From Octopus bimaculoides (Eukaryota): DNA of 64,000 nt. The stretch is taken from assembly GCF_001194135.2 (NCBI RefSeq), contig NC_068982.1, positions 164,922,225 to 164,986,224 of the forward strand, read 5' to 3'. The translations under genes were made by a program, and so were the position numbers. The notes beneath the pieces were generated by a model. That model was given only the letters and a program-made list of their open reading frames with translations. It was not told the origin of the DNA and did no database searches. This document shows, piece after piece, positions 23,940 to 37,000 of this stretch (the stretch's first letter is position 1; each line of letters begins with the position of its first letter).

Positions 23940-25450
23940 GGGGAATATTAGTAGAACCTCTGGTACATGGACGGGGCGACGTTAGGTCGGCCAGTAAAGA
24001 GTGCCTGCCACGATCTGAGATTAGTGTTCCCGCTCTAGAAAAGATCGGCCGCATGATAAACTCATCCAGGTCGGAGGTTGTGAACGTAAACTACGACGCA
24101 GTTGACTTTAAGGCCTCCGTCTCAGACGTACATTCACTACTTCATCAGGTACAGGTGACCTCAAAAGAGGACTTCTTATCCTCGATTCTCCGATTTTTCC
24201 GTCTGCTCAGTCGATCCACCCCCAGGTCTAAGCTTCGCCTTCTTGGAAGATTGACGAATAGACTAAATATGATCAACACCCTCCCAGTGCTGTTCTTTTT
24301 AAGGAACTGCTTCGCCATGCCGTAGGGTCCCTTCTTGCAACCACGTGTCATTCGTCACGGATCTCGACGCCTGTATTCAACGAATACCAAAGAGATATGA
24401 AACGTTCATTTCGGTGACACTGGATGGTGACCTTATCCGTCAAATATGGTGGTCTCACCCTTCGATATCCGGTCTCGACCTCCAATCTGCGGTCTCATCT
24501 ACCCTGCCGGCTTTTTTCTTATCGGCAACCTCTTGCTGTGTCCTCAGTAACAGGGTTCTCTACAATACAACTGGACCATCTATAATTGGGCAACTCGAGG
24601 TGAACTATGCATCATGGAGCCAGCTCGGAATGCGCCTTCTTGACATCATCCCCCTATCACCTCTGTGGACGTCAGGTCCTCCGAAAAGAAATGGGACGCC
24701 ATCTAATGTTGCCTGATCTCAGACGAGTTAGTGCGCCGACTTGACCAGCATGTCCTAACTTGTTTCAGCTCAGCCTCCGAGCCAATCAACGGAGCTTCAC
24801 TCAATGCGGTTCCATCACTCGTGACTGGCACTCATCTTGATAGCGAATGTCTGCGCATCAGCGTTCCTTTGAGATTTGGCCTTCAATTGTATGAGCCTCA
24901 AGAATGTCGCTGTGGGTTCACTGTGAATTCTTTTGGTCCCCACTCATTGTCATGCCATCATTGTACTGGCCACCTTCCACGCCATGCCACACGTACAAAA
25001 TCATAAAACATGGCCTGGACGTCGCAGGTTTTTCTTCTCAGATTGAGCCAGCGGAGCTAGACCAAGGAGAAGATAAAATCCTGACGGTGTGATAATTTTC
25101 CCATTCTGTGGTGGTAGGCCCCTCATTGGAAATTCACATGCTGCGGCACTTTCTCCAGTAGCAACTTAGTGTATTCATTTACCAGCCCAAGTACCGCTTA
25201 TCATCAGACTGTACTAAGCAAACTCTCAAGGTATCGAATATTCTCTGACAGTGGAAACCTCCGACGTACTCCACTCCCGACCGTATCCTTGTTCCCCGCT
25301 ATCGGAGCGGAAGTTGCTATATCAGCGCATTTTCTTCGCCATCCTCCGGTGCAATACCTTTTCCATTTTGTCTGCTGGGGCTATGAAGCGCTCTGAATTA
25401 TAGGAAATTGTACGCTCCAGTCCTAATGTAAAGTTATTCCATATGTATCG
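23940..25450 (+). mobile_element. CRE-clade RLE LINE, 5'-truncated and decayed (RT C-half, CCHC finger, PD-(D/E)XK nuclease)
   Basis: WYMDGATLGRP (YxDD region); VLFFLRNCFAMP; NGASLNAVPSLVTGTHLDSECLRISVPLRFGLQLYEPQECRCGFTVNSFGPHSLSC..PRH; AGFSSQIEPAELDQG..PDGVIIFPF. GC-richer than flanks. Confidence 0.88.
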
Positions 25451-25703
25451 ATGATGATGGTATATACGGCCGACTTTTGGATTCCGTTTTGACCATGTGA
25501 AATGTGAAGCAATTGCTTCTACTTGATTCATTTGGGCCGTGTGGTCTTGCGGGTGAGAGGACTGCCGGTTGGTTTTGATGTCATAATTTCTGCGTTAGTT
25601 GAAATTAGTGTGGCTGTTAAGGATGCATATCGATAGAATGCGATGTTTTTTTTCTTGTTGTTTTCAAACAATTAGAAATAGCTGTAACAACTGAGGCAAC
25701 ACC

Positions 25704-25704
25704 C

Positions 25705-25756
<52 letters not shown>

Positions 25757-25769
25757 TAGTAGTAGTAGT

Positions 25770-25820
<51 letters not shown>

Positions 25821-25840
25821 GGTAGTAGTAGTAGTAGATG
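25704..25840. repeat. Compound (GTA)n-(GCA)n-(GTA)n trinucleotide repeat
   Basis: Direct reading; source of the poly-T/poly-A ORF 25617..26036. Confidence 0.95.
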
Positions 25841-25977
25841 ATGGTGAGTTGATACCGGTTATAAGTTCGGTTGCCATAGTGATAAATGGGGGTGACTGAG
25901 GAGGGGGAAACATATGCCGTACCAATAACAGAGAGGTCGCTACGTTCAGTGCTAAGCAGAAGGTGATTTTTATTGGT

Positions 25978-26028
<51 letters not shown>

Positions 26029-26311
26029 TTCTTCATTTTGTTGTTGTTGTTGTTAGTGTAGTGGAGCAGAACACAATGTTAAATGGAGTGTGTCCACGTG
26101 CTTTTTTTTATTTAAGAAGATATTAACTGCTTTCAAAATTCGTTTTAGTCAGAATATTTAGGTGACTGACTATTAAGAAGTGGATCATTTACTGAAAAGT
26201 AATACATAACTGAAACATGGTATGAGGAAATCCCAGCCTAAATATCAATTTCGTTTTGTCTACTTATATCAATTACAGATATGAAATCTTTTCTATTTGG
26301 AAATTTTAAAG

Positions 26312-26499
26312 TTTACTCTTTTACTTGTTTCAGCCATATGACTGCGGCCATGCTGGAGCACCGCCTTTAGTCGAGCAAATCGACCGCAGGACTTATTCTT
26401 TGGAAGCGTAGTACTTATTCTATCGGCCCTTTTGCCGAACCGCTAAGTTACGGGGACGTAAACACACCAGCGTCGGTTGTCAAGCAATGATGGGGGACA

Positions 26500-26566
<67 letters not shown>

Positions 26567-26732
26567 TCACACACATATATATACGACGGGCTTCTTTCAG
26601 TTTCCGTCTACCAAATCCACTCTCAAGGCTTTGGTCGGTACGAGGCTATAGTAGAAGATACTTGCCCAAGGTGTCACGCAGTGGGACTGAACCCGGAACC
26701 ATGTGGTTGGTATGGAAGCTACTTACCACACA
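26312..26732 (-). mobile_element. tRNA-derived SINE family B with internal (AC)n
   Basis: Colinear with 17891-18346; (CA)n at about 26500-26565. Confidence 0.92.
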
Positions 26733-26824
26733 GAGTGAAAATTTTAAAAGTTAGTTTAATGATTCAATTTTCTACGCTGAATCTCGGAGGCTAATTCAGC
26801 CAAACACAAAATATCCTCCACTTT

Positions 26825-27067
26825 TTATACTCTCCTTCTTGTTTCAGTCATTTGACTGCGGCCATGCTGGAGCATCACCTTCAAGGGTTTTTTAATCGAA
26901 GAAATCTACTCCAGGACTTATTCTTTGTAAGCCTAGTACATATTCTATCGACATCTGTTGCCGAACCGCTATGTCACGGGAACATAAACACACCAACATC
27001 GGTTGTTAAGCGACGGTAAGAGGAGGCAAGCACAGATACAGAAATACATACATACACACACACACAC

Positions 27068-27163
<96 letters not shown>

Positions 27164-27329
27164 GGATAGATTTACAACGAGCTTCTTTCAGTTTCTTTCT
27201 ACCAAATCCACTCACAACGCTTTGGTCTGCCCGAGATTATAGTAGAAGAAACCGACCCAAGGTGTCACGCAGTGGGACTGAAACCGGAGCCATGCGGTTA
27301 GAAAGCAAGCTTGCCACACAGCCACGCCT
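26825..27329 (-). mobile_element. tRNA-derived SINE family B with internal (GATA)n
   Basis: Colinear with 17891-18346; (GATA)n at about 27067-27170. Confidence 0.9.
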
Positions 27330-28139
27330 GAAATATTTTTGTTTTTTTACGTTACCGAGATTTAAAATTTGATAATTTTTACCTAGTCAGAAAACGCTAT
27401 TTGGAAGCTGTCATTTTGTGCTTGACTGTACGTGTTGTCAACCGTAAATAAATGAAATACTGCCGGAATTTTTCTTTACACCTGACATATAACTCCTCAT
27501 AACTGTTTTATTTATCGGAATTTTTAGAAACTTTTTGCAAATCTGTATTCTACATATAGGAATCCATACAATTATGCAAAAACCAAGAAAAGTTTTTAAA
27601 TTTGGTGCGTGATTTAAGGCCTATTTAGCTGTTAGCACATCTCAAAACCACCTCATACCTCGTATTTTAAGAATTTAATAAGCAAGAAATGACCACATGG
27701 CTTGACATGACCACAACAAAGGAATAAGCAGCTCAACAGCTTGGGTTGTTACTATGGAAACAAGCACTCATATGTATGTAGCTTTCGATTGACTAAAATT
27801 AATCAAAATTTGAAAACTTTAAAAGCTATTAACTCTTTATTTATTGAGTTATGGTGAAAATTAATTTACTGTCAATGATTACCTTAAAAAACTACACCAA
27901 ATGTGAAATCAGTTGGATTCAAATTGAAGAAATTGAAATTGGCAGCCAAACGGGAAAAAAATCCCATTTACGGGATTTATTCATTTTGACGAGGGATTCG
28001 TAAATTACATCTCTTTTATATGTAAATTACATATCTTTTATTTGCTTTTGACATTGGACTGCGTCCGTATTATAGCGCTCCCACGAAAGGTTTTAGCTGA
28101 GCAAAGCAACCCTAGTCGATTTCATTAATTCTTTAGCAT

Positions 28140-28660
28140 TAATAACCGCAAGACCTCACTCAACATCCCAGAGATACCTAATGCCACAACCCTAGCGAAG
28201 CACGTCTGGACTTCGAAAGAAAGCGCCACGGAGTACAGCATAAAGTGAAAGATTCCAGAAAGATGCAAACCGTACTTCAATAGCAAGAAGTGCAGATTAT
28301 GCCTGGCTGAGAAGAGAGCAATTTTAAAGTGTACCCAACACCTGGATGTTTACTTAATAACAGGAGTGAGGTGTTTAATCCTTGTCACGCATGAAAGGAA
28401 TTGCATTCTATCATACCTGCGTGCCCCACCATGACTGCAACTACAGATCCTCTGCCTCGATCTTCCACAAACGACCTTCCACGAATGCCTTTGGGCCCGA
28501 AAAAAGAGTTTTACCAAAACACACACCAAGGCGCCCTTGAACACACGCGCACACACCCCTATGAGGCGGACACCCCACAAAATAAATTGTCTCTCCCACA
28601 CCATCGCCCCCCCCCAACAATACCCTTTCACACAGTTATATAAAGTTATATAATCGGTTT
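28140..28660 (+). mobile_element. Penelope-like GIY-YIG C-terminus and 3' pLTR fragment
   Basis: NATTLAKHVWTSKESATEYSIK*KIPERCKPYFNSKKCRLCLAEKRAILK / GCLLNNRSEVFNPC / HERNCILSYL. Confidence 0.88.
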
Positions 28661-30016
28661 GTTACCTAANNNNNNNNNNNNNNNNNNNNNNNNNNNNNNN
28701 NNNNNNNNNNNNNNNNNNNNNNNNNNATATATATATATATATATATAATTCAAATATGAGTTATTAGTATATGTTTAATTTATCATTAGATATTTATATT
28801 ACAAACACGTTTGCAGTGTAACAGCTTTTGCGTGGTGGGATTAAGGATCTTTTCTGTTTGGCAGGCACTTTTCAACTTAGTGTTGTTCCAATTGATTTTA
28901 AATTTGTTGTAATGATGTTTGTTTTGCATGGTAACTATTGACATCAAATTCATTTTTGCAATAAATCAATGAATAAAGACTTCATAGCTGTTTGCAACTT
29001 TTGCTTAATTTTAGCCAATCGAAAGCTACAAACATATAGATGCCTGTTTCCATGGTAACAGTCAAGCATTGGCACTCTCCGCTATAAAATATGTGTTTAC
29101 GAAAAATTTCTGTAGAAGAAATATTTAATTCGTTCACGGCTTGTTTTCTCTGCTCTTAAAACTACAAAATGTGCCGTTTACTCGTTTCTTTTCGCCATTT
29201 TCGCTCATTAAACACTTAAAACACGAGCTATCGTCGCAATGTTTTGTCGTCTTACGATTGCAGTCACGCACAAATTGACAGCTTCCAAAACCTGTTTCAT
29301 GATGGTAAAAATGATCAAATTTGAAATCTCTGTAGCATTTTAAAACATATTTTTCTGGTACTAGTAAATTAAGCTCTGAGGTTCAGCGTGAAAAATGATA
29401 TCAATACATCGAATTTGAAAATATTCACTTAATTTTAAAATTTAAAAAAGTACAACTAAAGAGAAAAGAACCAGGATTAATTCTATTCGTGTGTCTGTGT
29501 CTGTCCCCCCATCTTTGCATGACTGTATGCGTGTGTGTGTGTTCGCGTGTGTGCGTACATGTGTGTGTATACATACATACATACATACATACACATACTT
29601 AACTTTTTGGTTAACAAGCCCACCGTTGGTTTCATGCCTAGCGTTTTCAGCAATGATCCAGCCAGCCACATGGGACGTTGGAACTCGTTTTCATCTTAGT
29701 TGAGAATATAACGATGCTAGACGAGACTGAGCATGGTTTTGGAATGAACATAGAAATATATTGCTCAGGAAAAAAGTCTTTTAATTGTTATCTCTCTTGC
29801 ATTAATGCTAGCCACTTTATAAATATAAATATGAATACACACGTATATGCTCAAGTAAACCTATGCATAATATGCATGCAAAGTATATGCATATATACAC
29901 ATGCAACAACACACACACACACCCACTCGCTCCTGCATTGTATATTTAGTTCGTGTTTGGGTGTTTGCACTTAATTATTCGTATTCATTCGTATTTGCAC
30001 ATATGCACACGTAATT

Positions 30017-30186
30017 TTCCGATTGAAAATTTCATTGTCATTTGTTTCTTACTGTAGACTCTAGATTCATCGGAAGAGCTTTATATCCATATACACATTG
30101 AAAAGAGAGATAAACACTTACATCGCATTACATTGTAACTAACATCAGTGTCTTTCACATATAGATTGATTGCATGCATCACGAAT
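30017..30186 (-). repeat. 170-bp repeat, inverted partner of 33022-33187
   Basis: Revcomp attcgtgatgcatgcaatcaatctatatgtgaaagacactgatgttag.. matches 33022 onward at high identity by eye. Confidence 0.88.
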
Positions 30187-31725
30187 GTGGGTATTCACGC
30201 ACTCTGTCTTAGTAAATGAGGATCGCTTTCGGACTCTGGTTTAGTCTGTTTTTACAAATAGCTTCTCTAAGCTTCTAGGTGTTTCTGTTCCAGCCAAGCA
30301 CCAGGAAATCAAGGTGAATTACACCATTATCGATCAAAAGATAGTCACGATGAATTTTAATTCGCATCGCTGTCTTTTGAACCTCTTTTGTGTAAACCCT
30401 TTCCATTCACTGGAGCCATCGTTTCTATATCATGAAGATACATCAATATTTCATATCCCGTTACGGGATCGAGAAAAATGTACTTGCGTTAGAATGAAAC
30501 GCTTGCAGCCGGTGAGATAGACTTTGTAGCATGCTCTCCTTCCAACTGAATGTCAACTGCCGACGGCTGAATCGCTGCACTCGCTTTGTATCTGAAAAAC
30601 AGAGGACATCACATAATCGCAGGAATCATAATTGAAAGCGGCGTTGTCCAATTCTCTCTCCCCCCAAAAATAATAAACGTCGCAGTGAGTGAAGTATGGG
30701 GGAAAGGAAATGAACAAATAAATCTACTAATAGCGGTGCCCAAACATTACCTCGGAGTAAGAGAAGTAAAAGCATGTATGTATGTATATATATATATATA
30801 TATATATATNNNNNNNNNNNNNNNNNNNNNNNNNNNNNNNNNNNNNNNNNNNNNNNNNNNNNNNNNNNNNNNNNNNNNNNNNNNNNNNNNNNNNNNNNNN
30901 NNNNNNNNNNNNNNNNNNNNNNNNNNNNNNNNNNNNNNNNNNNNNNNNNNNNNNNNNNNNNNNNNNNNNNNNNNNNNNNNNNNNNNNNNNNNNNNNNNNN
31001 NNNNNNNNNNNNNNNNNNNNNNNNNNNNNNNNNNNNNNNNNNNNNNNNNNNNNNNNNNNNNNNNNNNNNNNNNNNNNNNNNNNNNNNNNNNNNNNNNNNN
31101 NNNNNNNNNNNNNNNNNNNNNNNNNNNNNNNNNNNNNNNNNNNNNNNNNNNNNNNNNNNNNNNNNNNNNNNNNNNNNNNNNNNNNNNNNNNNNNNNNNNN
31201 NNNNNNNNNNNNNNNNNNNNNNNNNNNNNNNNNNNNNNNNNNNNNNNNNNNNNNNNNNNNNNNNNNNNNNNNNNNNNNNNNNNNNNNNNNNNNNNNNNNN
31301 NNNNNNNNNNNNNNNNNNNNNNNNNNNNNNNNNNNNNNNNNNNNNNNNNNNNNNNNNNNNNNNNNNNNNNNNNNNNNNNNNNNNNNNNNNNNNNNNNNNN
31401 NNNNNNNNNNNNNNNNNNNNNNNNNNNNNNNNNNNNNNNNNNNNNNNNNNNNNNNNNNNNNNNNNNNNNNNNNNNNNNNNNNNNNNNNNNNNNNNNNNNN
31501 NNNNNNNNNNNNNNNNNNNNNNNNNNNNNNNNNNNNNNNNNNNNNNNNNNNNNNNNNNNNNNNNNNNNNNNNNNNNNNNNNNNNNNNNNNNNNNNNNNNN
31601 NNTATATATTCAATAATAGGATAAAAATCTATTACAAGAATTTTATCAGGAAGCTAGTGTGTAAAAAAATTCTTAAGGGAAATTTCTATTCCCCAAAATA
31701 TAATTATTCGTTTATATTTATATAA

Positions 31726-32066
31726 GGGCATTACTACAGAATAATGGCACACACTATACTTCACAAATAAGCACATTTTAGTACCGAATGCGAGGAATAG
31801 CAACTATGAAAAAAAAAAAAACTTTTCTAAAAAAAACAACTCAACTATGTATCGACCGATTTCACGATTACCAGAATGAAATCTAGTTTTCGCTCGGCAG
31901 CATAGTACAGCACAGATATATACAAATAAACAAAATCCTCACCTTAAAACGAACACCTTATGTATCCGACAAAGTAAACGGAATAATGTTTATCCCTATA
32001 CATCTCTGCAAAAAAATGCTTTCATTTGTGAAGTCTAGTGTGTGGCATTATTCTGTTGTAATGCCC
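31726..32066. mobile_element. MITE with about 55-bp TIRs (Kolobok-like GG..CC ends, TTAA-like flanks)
   Basis: GGGCATTACTACAGAATAATGGCACACACTATACTTCACAAAT versus revcomp GGGCATTACAACAGAATAATGCCACACACTAGACTTCACAAAT; flanks ATAA and TTAT. Confidence 0.82.
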
Positions 32067-33021
32067 TTATTAAATAAATATTTTATAGGACGCTACACTT
32101 GTTTGGTAATTACATGTTACGATTCCGTTTTGCTACTGTTTATATCTCGCTCAGAGATATAATATAGCTTATTTCTCCTTTTTCGGGATCAGCGACTGTT
32201 TGTCGCTGGAAAAAGCATATAGAATTTTGCGAGTGGAATGTGTTTCCATCACTAGCTGGTGATTAACACACGCTGTGGACAGGTAACCACTCAGAAACTC
32301 GAGACCGTGTGTATCGCGTAAGGCTAGAGATGAGAGCGATGACCTCTCCTTGCAAATACTAATCGGACGCAGAATGTGTGAAGTGAATCAGCTGGAAGAG
32401 ATGTCTTCCTGGGGCTATAAACGTCAGTAGCACAGTCCTTTATAAGACGCCACACTTGGTTGGCAATTATATGTTAAATATATTTTATAGTATATCTTAC
32501 TCTATGACAGGTATAAAATGTACCACTAGGATTTGGAACATAAAACTATTCTGAAATTTGAGTAAAATGAGTTAACAAAGAAATATATTAAGAGACGAAA
32601 GATAAAACAGTTTATTTATAGTTTCCAATATATTAAATCTATATTCCTTTAATGACATTTTGTTTAAAAATAACATTTTATGAAAACATTTAATTTAATT
32701 TCTCATTTCCTCTGGCATAAACCTTGGTACACCTCATATTTAAAGGACAAAATAATGTTTTCCATAAAATTTCTCAGTTTTAGTAATCTAACATATGTGA
32801 AAGGTTATGTCAAATTTTAAAAATGTTCCAATAAAATGAAAATGCACAAATACACATAATGAATAATAGTGTAAGTATTAAGATCTTAAATGTTATTTTT
32901 ATCGATTTCCATCATTAAAATGAAGAAAGACTTGCAATAAATTAATTGTTTATCCTAACAATAAAATACATACGCAAATATTATGTAGACATGATAATCT
33001 GTCAATCTTGAACTTCATGGT

Positions 33022-33187
33022 ATTCGTGATGCATGCAATGAATCTAGATGTGAAAGACACTTATGTTAGAATGTAATGCGATACAGGTGTTTATCTCTTT
33101 GTTTAATGTGTATATGGATATTAACTTCTTCCAATGAGTCTTGAGTCTACACTAAGAAACGAATTATAATGAAATTTTCAAGTGGAA
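33022..33187 (+). repeat. 170-bp repeat, inverted partner of 30017-30186
   Basis: See 30017-30186. Confidence 0.88.
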
Positions 33188-34056
33188 ATACAAACTATTG
33201 TAGTTTGTTATAGCTGTGATGTCCTTGCAGCATACTTTTCAGGTAAAAAAAAAAAAAACAACTCCCAAGGTTATGATAGTATTTAGACACACAAAGATTG
33301 GTGGAGTGAGGGGGGTGGGGCAGCTAGCTTATTTGGTATTTTATAAGATTTACTACTGGTCGCTTTTAACTATGAATGACGACATAATATAAGAAATAAA
33401 CATTATCTTTACTACCGCTATAACAGCAACATGTCACTAAAATATGAACACAGTTACTCATCCATATTTATATAGAGAGATATATATTTATATATATGCA
33501 TGTATATATATGTTGGTTTTTGTGTAAATTGAGAGAACAAGAGAGGGAAATTTGTGTAAAGGGAGAGCGAGACAAGCAGATAAAGACACAAGAATAATGC
33601 ATATGATGCATTAATAAGTGGCAATTTCAAATTTGTTTCACCAATTAAAAATAAATAATTAGAAAGAATTTTCTTCATAACCAAATCCCTTTTACTTTAT
33701 AAAGAGATGCTGAGTTCTAATTCTTTTCGAAGAGAGGAATTATTGGTGAATTGTAAGGTTTTCATATATTTCTCGAATAAAACTAATTGATTTGCATCTA
33801 CTAAGACCCATGCAGCTTGGGATCAGTTTCACTAAGGGTATGCCGACAAGAACGTAAGAAGTGGGAGTAGATACTGCAAGTCATTTTTTCTACCCATCTA
33901 AAAATTCTACCAATCGATCAGTTAGTACTGCTACTTCATTTATAAACGTCTAAATTATGGAAAGCTAAAATGACGTTTTCCAGATTTGAAATTAGAGACC
34001 AGAGTGCCTGATCGTATACAACTATTCCGACTTATAAATATACATGACATACATAC

Positions 34057-37000
34057 GCGTCGAATTATGGCGTCGAAGTTAGTTACGTCGACATATGGCG
34101 TCGAAGTCAGTTACGTCGTACATTCATCTATCTGTAATGAATACAATCCCGAGAACTTACATGCAGAGAAAAATACTGAAAACAAATTGGTCATCTTCTT
34201 TGGGAAAATGTGACGAAGCACTTTTTTATGGAAGATTATAGCGGAGAAAACTAAATGAAACTCAACAGCTAACTTTACTACTTCTTACACCATCGCAGTA
34301 TAGAAGACGGGTCAGCTATCAAAGGTTGGGGGACTATCGATAGAAATTTGATCTTTGAATTGAACGATATTGAGCCAAATCGATAGAAAACTGGCCGATT
34401 TGATGTTATTCGCGATGAGCCAAAAAGATAAATAAATAAATTAGTAGCAGAGATGGAAAATCTCAAGTTTGGGACATTGACTCTACTGCTATATTATGCT
34501 GTGGTTACAATGCAGCCACAGCAGGAATACAGGGATTGATCACAGGTGAAAGAAAGGAACGAAATGGGTTATCTCCCTCTAGATATATATTGACAGACTC
34601 AGGAAAACTACTGGGCAGCTAGACGCAATTTTTAAGTGAAAAGTGAATAATAAATTCACGATTCAATCACTGCAGCTGTATGATAGGTTACCTGGAGTAT
34701 TTAAGAATTGTTGACAAAAAACTCCAACGGGCAAGTGTGTTGCCCTTAAATACAAATTGCGAAAGTTAAGGGAATTATTTTGTTATGAGAAAAAAGAAAA
34801 AACAACTTCGAGAACCAAAATAATCAAGCACAAACTTGCAATAAATTAACAAGCAGTGTATCCCAGTATGAAAGGCGATTACACCAAGTAATCTAGAATT
34901 ATTGCGAAGAGAAATGTGGAATGTAAATGAACAGCACAATTGAGAGTCAATTTGAGTAAAAGTACTGCGAAAATTTCTGTCTGAAAATTTATAAAATAAA
35001 CAGTAAAATTCTGACTTTTGCTGCAAAAAAGTGTCGAGTGGAAAATCACCTAGGAGAGGCCTGATTGTTGATTATTGGTACAGAAAGTTCACATTACACA
35101 GGACAGCTCCCATTAACCAGTTCAAAAGAACAATGAACAAAGCGATTGACGATGTAGCTGGTTGGTTGACAGTTGCCCGTACAATACTAAAAGTTTAAAT
35201 CAAGCCAAAACCTATGGCCAAAACAGAGAGGCCGATAGCATGCTTGAACGGGAAGCATAAATTATAAACATGTTACTTGAATGCATTCATTCAGCATCAC
35301 TGCGAAATACACAATGCTGTAACTGAAAAGTAGGTAGGGAAATAGAAATATGTATGGAGGTGTATTGAATAGATTCTCATCAACAAAAATGTTCCTAAGA
35401 AAGCTAAGACGTACTGCAGAAAACCGCTGACACCCTGATCCTCCCTCATGGATTATAGAGCCACTACACCTTGTTAAGTTTGCAATTGCTAAAGTTAATA
35501 TCATTGAGTTCCCGGCAACAGCATGATCCTCATAGTTAGCACTAAGTACTGAAGCTACCACTATTGTTAGTAACAGATTTAAGCTACCAACAGAATATTT
35601 CAGAGTGATAGCTTAATTGTGATGATTTTATTTTGCTTAAGCAACAAACCATTAATCAACCCTGTTACGAAAATACATGACAGAGGATGAATTTCACTGA
35701 CACCGTTTTTGTTGATGACCGTAAGTTATTCTCGAGTAATATTCATAAAACCAAGAAACAGAAATGGTGAGAGCATTCTCCAGGTATATAGGAATGGAGT
35801 TTGCTGAGGACAATGGCCTATATATGGTTGTCAAACAAGGAAAGATTGTCAACTAAGAAAGGAATGTAGATATCAATAGCCTTTCTGTCTCCCTTATTAC
35901 CTATGATGAACTTTTACCTTGGAATTGAATATGATATTGCATATGTTGGTGCTGTGAATAAAGCTAGAGTATCAAAATGATATTTCAGAACAAATTTCGG
36001 AATATATGGAATTCAGAGATGTCTGTATTCAATAAATGTGTGCCCTATAGTGCTTTCACAGTGCCATTGCTGGTACCAAAATTTGGGATTTTATACCGAG
36101 CCCTTGATGCAAATCACAATTTAGACATGAAGAAGAAAAAAGATACAAAAACTGGTAATTCTACAACAATGACTCCATCAGGATTTATGTTAAATGGAAG
36201 GATGAAATTATAATCATAAGATAAGTTAAGAGTGCATTTCGGTGCTGTTTTGTGCAACTTCGATTACAACTATTAAAAAGTAAACAGCAAAATAAGTACA
36301 TCAGTAAAGGTAATGTCATCATGATATTAAGCTTAGAACTTCTGATCAAGTATTCCGAGTTTACAACTGATCCGTGTCAATGAAGAGCAGTTGGACTGAC
36401 CTATTTAAACAGAGATATGGAAGAGAAATACTCATCATACAAGGAGGAAGTTATACTTGAGTATTTATCCTACAAGCAAGAGAATATCAGCAACATTGAC
36501 AGGAAGAGTAGCCTCCCCTTGACCTGTGGTAAGTACATTACATCTTACAGGATAGGCTATGCCTTTGCTAGCCAAGAACAAAAGACAGCTGCAATAAACA
36601 TGATCATCAAAAAGATAAGGATGCCTCTAAACATGCACACCGTGATGGAAAGTGTCGATTGTACCATGCCAGGGTGGAGGATGCCATCCAAATCACCCGT
36701 TGCTGTTAAAATACGTTCAGAAGATATTACTTTACCTTGTGACTTGACATTGTTGCTAAGATGCAGTAGATGCATGAAGGTTGTCCTGAAAGTCATACAG
36801 TAGAACCAGGAAAATATCTACGCACTTAAAAACAACACTAATGGAGCAGAGTACTCGCATTCTCTAGATAGCATCGGTCAGAGGAGGACTGGAAATTTGT
36901 AAAACATCTGAAGGTTTCTGTATTTGAAGATTCTCGGTACACACAAGCACACATATTTATGGAATACATATATGTGCACACACGTAAACAGCAATGAAAC

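Larger units (their letters stand above)
26285..29470. mobile_element. Large foldback / long-TIR non-autonomous DNA transposon with nested SINEs and PLE
   Basis: 27748-27925 matches revcomp of 28885-29060; 27330-27450 matches revcomp of 29255-29355; 26733-26820 matches revcomp of 29355-29435. Confidence 0.75.

Noticed and set aside
32115-32453. Possible solo LTR (TGTTACGA...CA)
   Set aside because: No TSD, PBS/PPT, poly(A) signal or second copy; left unassigned.
34453-34540. Signal-peptide-like MENLKFGTLTLLLYYAVV
   Set aside because: Stops after 28 codons and lies inside the decayed R4 LINE.
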